Below are positions 48,320-58,446 of a DNA stretch of 64,000 bases, piece by piece; within the stretch, counting starts at the first letter, position 1, and each line of letters begins with the position of its first letter. The DNA comes from Bacteroidales bacterium (lineage in GTDB: Bacteria; Bacteroidota; Bacteroidia; Bacteroidales; UBA10428), in the NCBI GenBank assembly GCA_050295515.1, contig JBNKPU010000012.1:25025-89024 (forward strand), read 5' to 3'. Both the position numbers and the translations under genes were made by a program. The notes below the pieces were generated by a model. The model saw only the letters and a list, made by a program, of their open reading frames with translations, had not been told where the DNA came from and ran no database searches.

Positions 48320-49390
48320 ATGAAGGTACTTACCATAATTGGTGCCCGACCACAATTTATTAAAGCTGCTGCTGTAAGCCGTGCAATCCGGAAATCTGAT
48401 ATCAAGGAAGTTATTGTACATACAGGGCAACATTTTGATAAGAACATGTCGGATATATTTTTCTCTGAAATGAATATACCGCTACCTGATTATAATCTCA
48501 ATATTAACAGTTTGAGCCATGGCGCTATGACAGGAAGGATGATTGAAGAGATTGAAAAGGTTGTTCTGAAAGAGAATCCTGACGTTTTAATAGTTTACGG
48601 TGACACGAATTCAACAATTGCCGGTGCATTAGCTGCTAAAAAACTGCATATTAAAATTGCCCATGTTGAAGCTGGACTGAGATCTTTCAATATGGCAATG
48701 CCTGAAGAGGTCAATCGTATTTTGACCGACCGAATTTCTGATTATCTGTTCTGCCCTACTGATACAGCTGTAAAAAACCTTTTTAAAGAAGGCTTTGAAA
48801 ACATCGATTGCCAAATTGAAAATGTAGGTGATGTGATGTTTGATGCATCCATGTTTTACAGCCAAAGAGCAGATGAGAAAGCAGAAATTGCAAAATCTCT
48901 TGGACTTGAGCCAAACACTTATGTACTTTGTACTGTGCATCGTCAGGAGAATACAGATGATGCAGAAAGGATCAGATCAATCTTTGATGCACTTAACCAA
49001 ATCAATCAAAAGAAAAGGATTATACTTCCACTTCATCCCAGGACCCGAAAAATAGTGGCGGAATTAGGTATTGTGCCCGATTTTAAGGTCATTGATCCTG
49101 TAGGCTATTTTGACATTATACATTTAATGAAGAATGCCTCGTTGGTTATGACAGATAGCGGAGGCATGCAAAAGGAGGCTTTCTTTTTTAAAAAATATTG
49201 CCTGACCATGAGGGACGAAACAGAATGGGTCGAGCTTGTTGAGAATAAGGTTAATGAGTTGGTGGGAGCTGATAAAGATGCAATTGTTGGTGCTTTTAAT
49301 ACCTGTGTCGACAAGCAGTTTTTGAACGTACCTCTACTTTATGGAGATGGAAATGCTTCGCAAAAGATTGTTAGTATCTTGTCAGTTTAA
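48320..49390 (+). CDS. UDP-N-acetylglucosamine 2-epimerase (non-hydrolysing), second paralogue
   Basis: KVLTIIGARPQFIKAAAVSRAI, HVEAGLRS and TDSGGMQKEAFFFKKYCLTMRDETEWVE. Clearly diverged from the copy at 33491. Confidence 0.85.
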   Translation: MKVLTIIGARPQFIKAAAVSRAIRKSDIKEVIVHTGQHFDKNMSDIFFSEMNIPLPDYNLNINSLSHGAMTGRMIEEIEKVVLKENPDVLIVYGDTNSTIAGALAAKKLHIKIAHVEAGLRSFNMAMPEEVNRILTDRISDYLFCPTDTAVKNLFKEGFENIDCQIENVGDVMFDASMFYSQRADEKAEIAKSLGLEPNTYVLCTVHRQENTDDAERIRSIFDALNQINQKKRIILPLHPRTRKIVAELGIVPDFKVIDPVGYFDIIHLMKNASLVMTDSGGMQKEAFFFKKYCLTMRDETEWVELVENKVNELVGADKDAIVGAFNTCVDKQFLNVPLLYGDGNASQKIVSILSV

Positions 49391-49456
49391 TTTCGTCGGC
49401 TTCTTACTCTTTTCTGGCATTTTTAAAGTAAGTTTGCCGAAAATACACATCGAGAC

Positions 49457-49861
49457 ATGAGAGCGTTTTTCACTTTTTTACTTGTTGCAGCTACTGGTCT
49501 AGCTGTTAGTGCCCAGACTAAAAAACAAATTAAAGAACTGGATATTAAATCCACCACAATTTGGGAATATGATTACTCAACCGGAAAAGAGCAAAAAAAG
49601 GTTGAGTCGGTTGAAAAATTTAACAGTAGGGGCGATGTGATTGAATCCATTGATTTTGACAAAAACAGCAAACAGAAAAAAAGGATTGTTTTTAAGTATA
49701 ACGAAGACAATGAAATCGCCGAGGAGCTTTATTATGACAATAATGATAAACTAGACAAAACTTATAAATACACCTACGAAAGCGAACTCCGTAAAACCAA
49801 AGAAAAATATGACCACAACGGCAAGCTGATTTGGAAAAAGGTTTACATCTATGAAATGTAA
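49457..49861 (+). CDS. small secreted repeat protein (YwqK/MORN-like beta-hairpin repeats)
   Basis: Signal peptide ..AVSAQT. Recurring K..E..Y..NGK/DNN..K.Y.Y units. Confidence 0.45.
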   Translation: MRAFFTFLLVAATGLAVSAQTKKQIKELDIKSTTIWEYDYSTGKEQKKVESVEKFNSRGDVIESIDFDKNSKQKKRIVFKYNEDNEIAEELYYDNNDKLDKTYKYTYESELRKTKEKYDHNGKLIWKKVYIYEM

Positions 49862-50032
49862 AATCAATTCATATTTATGGGTAGAATCTTAAAGCGGGAG
49901 GTTCTAAGTACTCTTCAGGATGTGTGCTACGAGATTCTAACTTCATACTACCAATCATAGGAATTATTTTATGATGTTTCCAACAGAATTAAAATACCTA
50001 TCAATATAAAAGAACCGTAACGAGTTTAATTT

Positions 50033-50938
50033 ATGTCTACTCAGGGATCCATCAAATCAATAATTTATGCATTGTTAGCCAACCTGGGAATAGCACTGGC
50101 CAAAACAGCAGCAGCCATTTATACCGGTTCAGGAGCAATGTTGGCTGAGGCGATCCATTCTTATGCAGATTGTGGAAATCAGGGTCTTTTATTTTTAGGA
50201 TTAAGCCGTTCAAAAAAAGCACCTTCTAAAGTTTATCCCTTAGGCCATGGTAAGGCTATATTCTTTTGGTCATTTGTTGTTGCCCTGATCTTATTTAGCA
50301 TGGGGGGATTGTTTTCAATTTATGAAGGGTACCATAAGTTGCATGCCCATGAACCCATTAACTCACCATTAGTAGCAATCCTTGTTCTTGGTTTTGCAAT
50401 TGTAATGGAATCATTATCATTGATTGGCTGCATTAGGCAAATCAATAAAGATAGAGAAAATGAAAGTTTGTGGAAATGGGCCAAGAACAGTAGGCAAAGT
50501 GAACTGGTTGTTGTTTTGGGAGAAGACACTGCTGCACTTGCCGGTTTGCTTTTTGCCCTTTTGTTTATTGTGCTGGCAGTTGTAACGGGCAACCCAGTAT
50601 TTGATGCCATAGGCAGTATTGGCATAGGTGTGCTTTTGGTAATAATTTCCATATTTCTTGCAGCAAAGGTGCAAGGCTTATTAATCGGACAAAGTGTAGA
50701 AGAAAAAGTTGAAGAGGATATTAAAGAATTCATTGAAAATCAGGAAGGGATTGATCAAGTTTTAAATTTGATCACAGTACAATTGGGTGCGCAAATAATG
50801 TTAGCAGTAAAGGCTAAGATGTCTGATGCTGAATCAGTAAGCAAAATGATAGCTAACATCAATCAATGCGAAAAGGCTTTAAAGGAGCATAATACTTCAA
50901 TTCAATGGGTGTTTTTTGAACCTGATGTAGTGAATTGA
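50033..50938 (+). CDS. cation diffusion facilitator family transporter
   Basis: Six TM segments. TM2 has AEAIHSYADCGNQ (HxxxD-type site). C-terminal cytoplasmic domain. Confidence 0.85.
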   Translation: MSTQGSIKSIIYALLANLGIALAKTAAAIYTGSGAMLAEAIHSYADCGNQGLLFLGLSRSKKAPSKVYPLGHGKAIFFWSFVVALILFSMGGLFSIYEGYHKLHAHEPINSPLVAILVLGFAIVMESLSLIGCIRQINKDRENESLWKWAKNSRQSELVVVLGEDTAALAGLLFALLFIVLAVVTGNPVFDAIGSIGIGVLLVIISIFLAAKVQGLLIGQSVEEKVEEDIKEFIENQEGIDQVLNLITVQLGAQIMLAVKAKMSDAESVSKMIANINQCEKALKEHNTSIQWVFFEPDVVN

Positions 50939-51043
50939 TTGAAATTAACTCTTTTCACAATAAAGTAACTGGTTTTTATTTTTTTCATTTCTCAGCAGTA
51001 ACAATTAGTCTATTAATATAAAGTTGTTTTTACGGTTTACAGG

Positions 51044-51076
51044 AAAAAAAGCCGGTTACTGTTAATGCAACCGGCT
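51044..51076 (-). terminator. Rho-independent terminator of hppA
   Basis: 8-bp GC-rich stem agccggtt/aaccggct with an 11-nt loop, followed on the minus strand by a T-run (plus-strand A-run 51044..51049). It lies 33 nt after the stop. Confidence 0.65.
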
Positions 51077-51108
51077 TCTTAGAGATTTAATTGTATGTGA
51101 TATTTTGT

Positions 51109-53358
51109 TTATCCGAAGATGCTGAACCCAACAGTTAAACCTGCCATTACAACAGAAACCATTGTCATCAGTTTGATCAGGATGTTCAACGATGGACCAG
51201 AAGTATCTTTGAAGGGATCACCAACAGTGTCACCCACAACACCAGCTTTGTGGGTCTCACTACCTTTTCCACCATAGTTTCCTTTTTCAATATATTTTTT
51301 AGCGTTGTCCCAAGCTCCACCTGAGTTGTTCAACATTGAAGCAAGGGTAAAACCTGCGGTTAATCCACCAGCTAGCAAACCAACAACACCAGCAACACCT
51401 AATACTACTCCAACAGCAACAGGAACAGCAATAGCAAGAAGTGAAGGAACAAGCATTTCCTTTTGTGCACCTTTGGTTGAAATCTCAACACATTTTGCAT
51501 ATTCAGGGGTTCCTGTACCTTCCATGATTCCAGGTATTTCTTTAAACTGGCGACGGACTTCATCAACCATGGCCCCGGCAGCACGGCCTACGGCTTTCAT
51601 TGTCATGGCGCAGAATACAAAGGCCATCATAGCACCCAGGAATAAACCACCAAGAAGCATTGGGTTAAATATTGAAAGATTATAATAAGATACAAAGTCG
51701 GTTATAGTTGCACTTGAGAAATCATCCAGGCCTGTAACAGCAAGGAAATCGGCACCTTTTTCCGGCACTTTGCTTAACCAAAGCTTTATTTCTTCCATGT
51801 AAGCAGCTAATAGGGCCATTGCAGTAAGTGCAGCAGACCCGATTGCGAATCCTTTTCCGGTAGCAGCAGTTGTATTACCAAGCATATCAAGGGCATCAGT
51901 TCTTTCCCTAACCTCTTTTGGGAGTTCACTCATTTCAGCGTTACCACCGGCGTTGTCGGCAATAGGACCAAAAGCATCGGTTGCTAATGTAATACCCAAG
52001 GTTGAAAGCATACCAACAGCAGCAAATCCAATACCATATACACCTTTTGAGAAATCAGCAAATCCACCAGCAAAACCATAAGCTGCAATAATACCGGCAA
52101 CGATGGTTACAACAGGAATCCAGGTTGAGTACATACCAACAGCAATACCATCAATAATAGTAGTTGCAGGGCCTTGTTGTGCTTGCCTGGCAATACCTTG
52201 TGTAGGTTCATATTCATCAGAAGTATAATATTCAGTGCCCTGCCCAATAATTACACCGGCAAGAAGACCAGAAACAACAGCGCCAAAAATTCCCCAAGAA
52301 ATCCAGCCTATTCCGGCAAGAATAGCTACAGCCCCCAGAATTAATATTGAACTGCCAAATGTACCTATAAACAAAGCACGCAGTAATGTTTTTTGTGTGG
52401 CAGATTCTTTGGTACGTACCATAAAAACACCAACAATTGAAAGTATGATACCAATAGCAGCAACAAGCATTGGGGCAGTAACAGCCTTAACTGTTTCCTG
52501 TAGAGATGGAACCACCAAGGCAGCACCCAGAGCAGCAGTAGCAAGAATAGATCCTGCATAAGATTCATAGAGGTCAGCACCCATACCTGCAACATCACCT
52601 ACGTTATCGCCTACGTTATCAGCAATAGTTGCAGGGTTACGAGGATCATCTTCAGGGATACCAGCTTCAACTTTTCCAACCAGGTCAGCTCCTACATCGG
52701 CAGCTTTAGTATAAATACCTCCACCAACACGGGCAAATAAAGCCTGGGTTGATGCACCCATACCGAAAGTAAGCATGGTAGCAGTAATCTCAACATATTT
52801 TTGGTGATCAGTTGTACCTGCATGAACAAAATTAAGTCCTAAGAAATGCAGGCCGTGTGCCATGTGTTCCGGGGTAAAAATAGCATTATCCAACAGCAGG
52901 AACCATGCAGCAACATCTAAAAGACCGAAACCGACAACTACCAGCCCCATAACAGCGCCACTACGGAAGGCAATTTGCAAGCCTTTGTTCAACGATTGTG
53001 AAGCACCATGTGCAGTACGCGCAGAAGCAAATGTCGCTGTTTTCATGCCTAAAAAACCACATAGACCAGAAAAGAAACCGCCAGTTAAAAATGCGACAGG
53101 AACGAAAGGGTTTTGAACCCCCATGAAAGCCAATATCAGTAATAAAATCACAAGTACAATAAACACTTTGATTACAACACCATATTGACGTGAGAGGTAA
53201 GCCATTGCCCCATCACGAACATGTTGGGCAATTTCAATCATTCTTGGAGTACCTTCAGAATTCTTCATCATAGATTTGAAGAAGTAATAGGCAAAAATAA
53301 GTGCCAGAATAGACCCGGCAGCAGCTAAAAGTGGAATGACCACGGAAATATTACTCAT
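51109..53358 (-). CDS. hppA: membrane-bound ion-translocating pyrophosphatase, K+-dependent-type signature
   Basis: 749 aa. DNVGDNVGD motif. The [18 protein letters not shown] motif has Ala, not Lys, after GNTT, which is the K+-dependent subfamily signature. Ion specificity (H+ versus Na+) cannot be called. Confidence 0.95.
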   Translation of the reverse strand: MSNISVVIPLLAAAGSILALIFAYYFFKSMMKNSEGTPRMIEIAQHVRDGAMAYLSRQYGVVIKVFIVLVILLLILAFMGVQNPFVPVAFLTGGFFSGLCGFLGMKTATFASARTAHGASQSLNKGLQIAFRSGAVMGLVVVGFGLLDVAAWFLLLDNAIFTPEHMAHGLHFLGLNFVHAGTTDHQKYVEITATMLTFGMGASTQALFARVGGGIYTKAADVGADLVGKVEAGIPEDDPRNPATIADNVGDNVGDVAGMGADLYESYAGSILATAALGAALVVPSLQETVKAVTAPMLVAAIGIILSIVGVFMVRTKESATQKTLLRALFIGTFGSSILILGAVAILAGIGWISWGIFGAVVSGLLAGVIIGQGTEYYTSDEYEPTQGIARQAQQGPATTIIDGIAVGMYSTWIPVVTIVAGIIAAYGFAGGFADFSKGVYGIGFAAVGMLSTLGITLATDAFGPIADNAGGNAEMSELPKEVRERTDALDMLGNTTAATGKGFAIGSAALTAMALLAAYMEEIKLWLSKVPEKGADFLAVTGLDDFSSATITDFVSYYNLSIFNPMLLGGLFLGAMMAFVFCAMTMKAVGRAAGAMVDEVRRQFKEIPGIMEGTGTPEYAKCVEISTKGAQKEMLVPSLLAIAVPVAVGVVLGVAGVVGLLAGGLTAGFTLASMLNNSGGAWDNAKKYIEKGNYGGKGSETHKAGVVGDTVGDPFKDTSGPSLNILIKLMTMVSVVMAGLTVGFSIFG

Positions 53359-53428
53359 AATATAAGGTTTTTGTTAATAATTGAATCTTCAACTCCTTTA
53401 TTATTTAAATATTTATTCGAGAGAAAAA

Positions 53429-53436
53429 CAAATATA
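53429..53436 (-). promoter_or_regulatory. -7 box TAtaTTTG upstream of hppA
   Basis: Plus-strand caaatata is tatatttg on the minus strand, 70 nt upstream of the ATG at 53358. Confidence 0.3.
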
Positions 53437-53451
53437 GTCATTTTGATGGAT

Positions 53452-53485
53452 CGGAATTTCCATGTGACTAGTGCACGAAATTCCG
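53452..53485. promoter_or_regulatory. 9-bp inverted repeat CGGAATTTC-N16-GAAATTCCG at about -35 of the putative hppA promoter
   Basis: Read directly. Perfect 9-bp arms, and the loop contains actagt/gtgcac sub-palindromes. Confidence 0.3.
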
Positions 53486-53575
53486 TGTTTTAGTTCGTGT
53501 ATTTTTCTCGCTTACATAAGTTATATAATTAACAGGAAAAGAGATAAATACAGATTAAAATAATACTTATTTAGT

Positions 53576-53596
53576 TTTGTTATAAATTATAACAAA
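53576..53596. promoter_or_regulatory. perfect 21-bp palindrome TTTGTTATAA-a-TTATAACAAA
   Basis: Read directly. 10-bp arms with a 1-nt centre. The AT-rich context raises the odds of a chance match. Confidence 0.2.
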
Positions 53597-53879
53597 CAAG
53601 TATGGTTTAACCTGTAATAATAGCAGTATTGTCCTAACAATTACGGTTCGGCATTAATTAGTAATTATGGCATAAAGATTACTTACGAATTAAAAGCTAT
53701 TGATTTATTCATTTAGGATAAATTTACAAAATATTACTTGCCAATTTCACTGTAGAACTTCTCTTTTAATTTTAATAGGTTTTTCCTTCCTCCAAATTTT
53801 ACATTAGTGCTAACAAGAGAATCTTCTGCTGCCTGACAACTATCTCTGGTTTGTAAGCAAATAGATACTTTAGATGTCG

Positions 53880-54287
53880 CTAAACCCTTATTGGCGCAGC
53901 AATTCTCTGGTTGGTAAGTACAGGCAGAGGAAAATTTTCGTGAATATTGAAGTACATTCCTTTTCTCAGAAAGCGAATACCGTCTATAGTGTGTGCCTCA
54001 AAACCTGACTGACTTAAGGACTCTTCCAGTTTCCGGAGTAACAATTTGTTCTGTTTGCGGATCTCAATATTCCTTTGTTGTATTTGAGTATTTCTTTGGT
54101 AATTGGAATATACCAGGTCAACAAGCAGCCCGCAAACAAACAATGTAATTAATGTAAGTATAATGTACCTATTACATTCTTCATGAAGCATATTTTTTCG
54201 GATAGTCTCTTTTACTTTTTTGAGTTTTTCTGGTGTGACGGTTTCATTGTGTAGTTCTTTTTTAATCTTCTTTTTGCGTCTTACCAA
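53880..54287 (-). CDS. small single-pass membrane protein, paralogue of 54407..54706, with an extra C-terminal domain
   Basis: 135 aa. A Lys-rich N-terminus, TPEKLKKVKETIRKNMLHEE, then the TM YIILTLITLFVCGLLV. Confidence 0.5.
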   Translation of the reverse strand: MVRRKKKIKKELHNETVTPEKLKKVKETIRKNMLHEECNRYIILTLITLFVCGLLVDLVYSNYQRNTQIQQRNIEIRKQNKLLLRKLEESLSQSGFEAHTIDGIRFLRKGMYFNIHENFPLPVLTNQRIAAPIRV

Positions 54288-54406
54288 TGAATTTTCTTTC
54301 TGGGCTTCGAAGGGTTTTCGTTTTCAGTGGGCATTGTTCTTTAAAGAAATGATCATTCCCAGAACACTGCCACTATATGGTATTAAACGAATCATGGCTG
54401 AAAGGT

Positions 54407-54706
54407 TTAAGGTTTAAAAAGCTTAACGATAAAGGGTATGGAAGCCAGTACAATAAAAATGGCTACAGACAGGGAGATAATAATAGCCCGTTTTTCCTGT
54501 TGCAGGATTTCTAAACGAATTTTAATTTTTAACTCCTTAAGTTCGGTTGGATTTAGCTTGTTCTTATCTGTAAACTTAGGGTATTTCACCTTAACAGTTT
54601 GATAAGCTTCTTTGACTTTTTCAAATTTTGCAAGCCTTTCCTGTTTCATTTTCCGGTTATTGTTTAGCCGGTTAATTGCATCCATAACATGTCCTGCAGA
54701 GCTCAT
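54407..54706 (-). CDS. small single-pass membrane protein
   Basis: 99 aa. NPTELKELKIKIRLEILQQEK followed by the TM IIISLSVAIFIVLASIPFIV. Confidence 0.5.
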   Translation of the reverse strand: MSSAGHVMDAINRLNNNRKMKQERLAKFEKVKEAYQTVKVKYPKFTDKNKLNPTELKELKIKIRLEILQQEKRAIIISLSVAIFIVLASIPFIVKLFKP

Positions 54707-54851
54707 AGGCTTTTACTTTAACGATGTGTTGACTGTTGTTTTAATTTTATATGGTTATATCACTTGAGGACTATCTTGCATTTGAATGTTGCTAATTTAC
54801 CTCCATACGTGAAGCTTTCAAGCAGGCTGTTTTGTTAAAATACCTATACCA

Positions 54852-56045
54852 TTAAAAATTCCATTTAAGTCTCAGAAAAGCCATTGAAATCAATGTTTCA
54901 GTTTCTGCTCCCATAAACTCAGTTCTAAATCCAAAAATTTGGCCATAAGCAGCTATTTCAATATTGTCCTTTAGTGAGTAACTAAGGTTTGGGCCCAGAT
55001 AGAATCCCTCAAGGTTTTTATCAGAAAACACGATGCCCCCAAACGATGCATTCAATAAAGGAGTTAAAGGATAAGAGGCTTGTAAAAAGAAATTGTTTTG
55101 ACTAAATGCCATGTTTTTGATCGACATAGGTCGGTTGTACGTGTTTAACAATTCAAACTGCCCGGTTTCCAGCTTGTTGATATAGAAATATTCTGCCATG
55201 AGCGATAGATTGAAAGGCAATGTATAGTCAAGCCCAACACTCAACAACCATATATTTTCCTGATAGGGTGAGTTTGAGGTGGGAATCATATATGAACTTT
55301 CTGTTCTTAAGCTTATTCCTTTCAAATCGCTTGTAAAGCTTAGTCCAAATATATAATCAGACTCGGTATCAGAAGCAAAATTGACCGGATCAACATAGGG
55401 TTTGCTGTAATATCCCCCGATTAACTGGATATCACTTCCAAATTTATTAAACCGGTACAAGGCAGCTGCAGTTATATTATTGGCGCTGTCTACTTTTGTA
55501 GCCAAATCCAATTGAGATGTAGCACCTGTATAATATTGTACCCTTATGGCATCAGCTCCTGGCCTTTCTGCATAATCAAAATCAAAAAAGTTATAGGTGT
55601 TAAAAATATCGTTGGGGTTCCAAACAAAAGTCTGCCCCCAGTTTATTCTCTGGCGTCCAACTTTTATGTCTAGGTTTCCCTTTGTGTATTGTCCATACAG
55701 ACGATCAACAGACAGGCTTAACAAACCTTTGTCACCTATTGTTTGCTGAAGGGTCAACGGCAGGAAATAGCTTTCGCTTACAAGCCCATCCTCATATGAA
55801 GACAATTCAACAAAATCTCCATACATCACTTGGTTGCGCATTTGTGCCGAAAAGGTGAGGTTATCATTTGGATAATAATAGATATTTGTCCGGTTGTGAA
55901 GTAATCCCTGATAGTAATTCAGCGAATCTGCATGCATGTATTGGGGCATTCCGGACAGGTATCCATATATATCAATCTTCGACTGGGTCCTTCCAGTTTG
56001 AATGAACAAGACAAAAATTGATAGTATGATGAGAAAGCGTTTCAT
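54852..56045 (-). CDS. outer-membrane beta-barrel protein (porin-like, family unknown)
   Basis: Signal peptide. Alternating aromatic/hydrophilic beta-strand pattern throughout. C-terminal ..FLRLKWNF with a terminal Phe. Confidence 0.55.
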   Translation of the reverse strand: MKRFLIILSIFVLFIQTGRTQSKIDIYGYLSGMPQYMHADSLNYYQGLLHNRTNIYYYPNDNLTFSAQMRNQVMYGDFVELSSYEDGLVSESYFLPLTLQQTIGDKGLLSLSVDRLYGQYTKGNLDIKVGRQRINWGQTFVWNPNDIFNTYNFFDFDYAERPGADAIRVQYYTGATSQLDLATKVDSANNITAAALYRFNKFGSDIQLIGGYYSKPYVDPVNFASDTESDYIFGLSFTSDLKGISLRTESSYMIPTSNSPYQENIWLLSVGLDYTLPFNLSLMAEYFYINKLETGQFELLNTYNRPMSIKNMAFSQNNFFLQASYPLTPLLNASFGGIVFSDKNLEGFYLGPNLSYSLKDNIEIAAYGQIFGFRTEFMGAETETLISMAFLRLKWNF

Positions 56046-56162
56046 CTTATTTCGTTTATACTGTTACATGAAAAAACTGTTGAGACAAAAGTCAAAATTA
56101 TCCAAGGACCAACCAGATTGGATCCGGTTAATCCTGTTGAGTTTGATTCGATAATACGGCAA

Positions 56163-56846
56163 TTATTTTTTCTCATCGCTTAGCACCTTGCCATCTTCAA
56201 TGGTAATTACACGTCTGGCTTTTTTAACCACGCGCTGGTCATGGGTCGAGAAAATGAATGTGATTTTCTCTTCCTTATTCAGTTTCTCCATAATATCGAG
56301 CAGGTTTTCTGTCGATTTAGAATCGAGGTTTGCCGTAGGTTCATCAGCTAGGATGAATTTAGGTTTTGATGCCAATGCACGCGCAACTGCAACACGTTGT
56401 TGCTGCCCTCCTGATAGTCTTTTTGGCCGGCTGTCCAGACGATCGCCTAATCCCACTTCTTCCAACAAGGCTTTGGTTCTTTCGAACCTTTCTTGCTGTG
56501 AAACTCCTTGCATCTGCATGATAAATTCAACATTTTCCTTAGCAGTGAGTACAGGAATCAGGTTGTATGATTGGAATACAAAGCCAATATTGTGCAATCT
56601 GAAATCAATCAATTTTGAACCTTTCAATGTATTGATGTGGGTTCCACCAATATAGATATCACCAACTGTAGGTTTATCAAGTCCACCCAGCATGTTCAGC
56701 AGGGTTGTCTTGCCAGAACCTGATGGACCAACAATTGCAGCAAATTCACCTTCTTCAAATTCGAGGTCGACTCCACGTACTGCATGTACCTTTACTTCGG
56801 AATCGTTGTATATTTTTTCTACTTTTTTTAATTCTATTACTTTCAT
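56163..56846 (-). CDS. ABC transporter ATP-binding protein (MacB/LolD-like)
   Basis: Walker A GPSGSGKTT, signature LSGGQQQRVAVARAL, Walker B FILADEPT. Confidence 0.95.
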   Translation of the reverse strand: MKVIELKKVEKIYNDSEVKVHAVRGVDLEFEEGEFAAIVGPSGSGKTTLLNMLGGLDKPTVGDIYIGGTHINTLKGSKLIDFRLHNIGFVFQSYNLIPVLTAKENVEFIMQMQGVSQQERFERTKALLEEVGLGDRLDSRPKRLSGGQQQRVAVARALASKPKFILADEPTANLDSKSTENLLDIMEKLNKEEKITFIFSTHDQRVVKKARRVITIEDGKVLSDEKK

Positions 56847-56999
56847 GACTTTTTATTTTGAATGAAGAATTCATAAATCAGAATTCAGTAGTGTTAACTT
56901 AAATTATTATTTATTGCATCATGGTTTGCTATTAGATCTTTGAAAGTTTTAGCTGTATTTTTCATATTCTTAATTCTTATTAAATCCTACTAATTTATG

Positions 57000-58421
57000 T
57001 TAATCAGTCCTGAGTGCTTCTACAGGATTAAGCTTAAGTGCTTTTCTGGCAGGCCAGATGGAAGAAACTATACCTGTAATTACTACTAGGATAATTATGG
57101 AAATATATTCAAAGACAGAAACCTTAGGGTATACGATCGATGAGTATCCAAGAGCTTCAAATCCTTCAGCATACATACTGAGGTTAATTCCAGTATGACT
57201 GGTTATTGCCAGGATTATGCTACTGAAAACCAGTCCTGCTATAGCTCCGGTAATTGTAAGGAAAACAGATTCGGTCATGATCATAAAGAAAACCTTCTTC
57301 TTGTTCATTCCTATAGCCATAAGCATTCCAAGTTCTTTAACACGTTCAAGTACGGACATCAGCATTGTATTAATAATTCCAAAGGCGAGGGCAAACATGA
57401 TAATTCCAACATATACCAGCCCCATTAGTCCTGTAAAATCAGCATACATAGCAATTTCTGGCGAGATTTTCCGCCATCCCATTACATCATCAGAGGGGAA
57501 AAAGCCTTTAAGATTTTCACTTAACAAATCACCCGTTTCATTATCTGTTGAACGGATAGCTATCTCATGCACTTCATTCTCGTTTAATTGAGTGTATTTA
57601 TTTAGACGGTCGGTCTTAACAAATGCATTCATGCCATCGAACATGGTGTTACTGGTTTTGAAAATCCCCCTTACTTTAAAAACAGGATTGGTCATTTCAC
57701 CATTCTTATTGACAACTGTACATCGGATACTGGCACCCAATCGATAAAAGGAGAAATATTTCACCAGCTTATCACCACTGGTTTTATATGCTTCTTTTGT
57801 TAATTTATCCTTCAAAGCCGATCTAAAGTCTTTCTCTTTCCTAAACCTCTTGTCACCTATTTCTTTTAAAACAGCTACAACATCCGGAGAAAAAAGTTCT
57901 TGATCTATGGTATCTAGTTTCTCAGTTGTAATTTGGTAGTTTAACAATTTTAAATCTTCAGCGGCTTTGCTACCTATAACAATAGATGGTAGGCGGTAAT
58001 TTCCATTAAGAAATTTGCCTGTGACAAGGTTTTGATATAGTTCACTAACTTGCTTTTCTTTTTCCGGATCAATACCTTTAAGCATCAAGCCAGATGATGC
58101 CCAGTCTGTTTGCGCCATTGCGAATACTTTTATCCTAGGACTATAGGCAACAACTTCTGGCATAGTATCCAGGGTAAGTATTAATTTTTCAAATCCACCT
58201 ATTGTCTTCTCAATATCTTCATTGAGCAAGAATTCTGGGTTATGGATTTGAACATGAGCGGTTTCATTATATATGCTTGAGTGAATTCTTTGTTCAAGCC
58301 AGCCTTTCATTATTCCTGTGGCCATAAGCCCACTAAATATTCCAAGCATTACTGCGATAATTACAACCAGGCTTCTGATTTTATTTCGCCATATGTTTTT
58401 CCAACCTATAGATAGTATCAT
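57000..58421 (-). CDS. ABC transporter permease, FtsX/MacB/LolC-E-like
   Basis: 473 aa. TM1, a ~280-aa periplasmic domain and a C-terminal 3-TM FtsX domain, ending ..KLNPVEALRTD. Confidence 0.85.
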   Translation of the reverse strand: MILSIGWKNIWRNKIRSLVVIIAVMLGIFSGLMATGIMKGWLEQRIHSSIYNETAHVQIHNPEFLLNEDIEKTIGGFEKLILTLDTMPEVVAYSPRIKVFAMAQTDWASSGLMLKGIDPEKEKQVSELYQNLVTGKFLNGNYRLPSIVIGSKAAEDLKLLNYQITTEKLDTIDQELFSPDVVAVLKEIGDKRFRKEKDFRSALKDKLTKEAYKTSGDKLVKYFSFYRLGASIRCTVVNKNGEMTNPVFKVRGIFKTSNTMFDGMNAFVKTDRLNKYTQLNENEVHEIAIRSTDNETGDLLSENLKGFFPSDDVMGWRKISPEIAMYADFTGLMGLVYVGIIMFALAFGIINTMLMSVLERVKELGMLMAIGMNKKKVFFMIMTESVFLTITGAIAGLVFSSIILAITSHTGINLSMYAEGFEALGYSSIVYPKVSVFEYISIIILVVITGIVSSIWPARKALKLNPVEALRTD

Positions 58422-58446
58422 TGTTGTATTTGTTTCTGGTTAAAAA

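Noticed and set aside
49882-49939. Possible metal riboswitch (NiCo/czcD-type) upstream of the CDF transporter, suggested by an 8-bp inverted repeat TAGAATCT...AGATTCTA
   Set aside because: The element is too short, and I cannot build the multi-stem junction of the czcD motif or recognise its conserved nucleotides. One 8-bp repeat in A+T-rich DNA is weak evidence. An Infernal scan would settle it.
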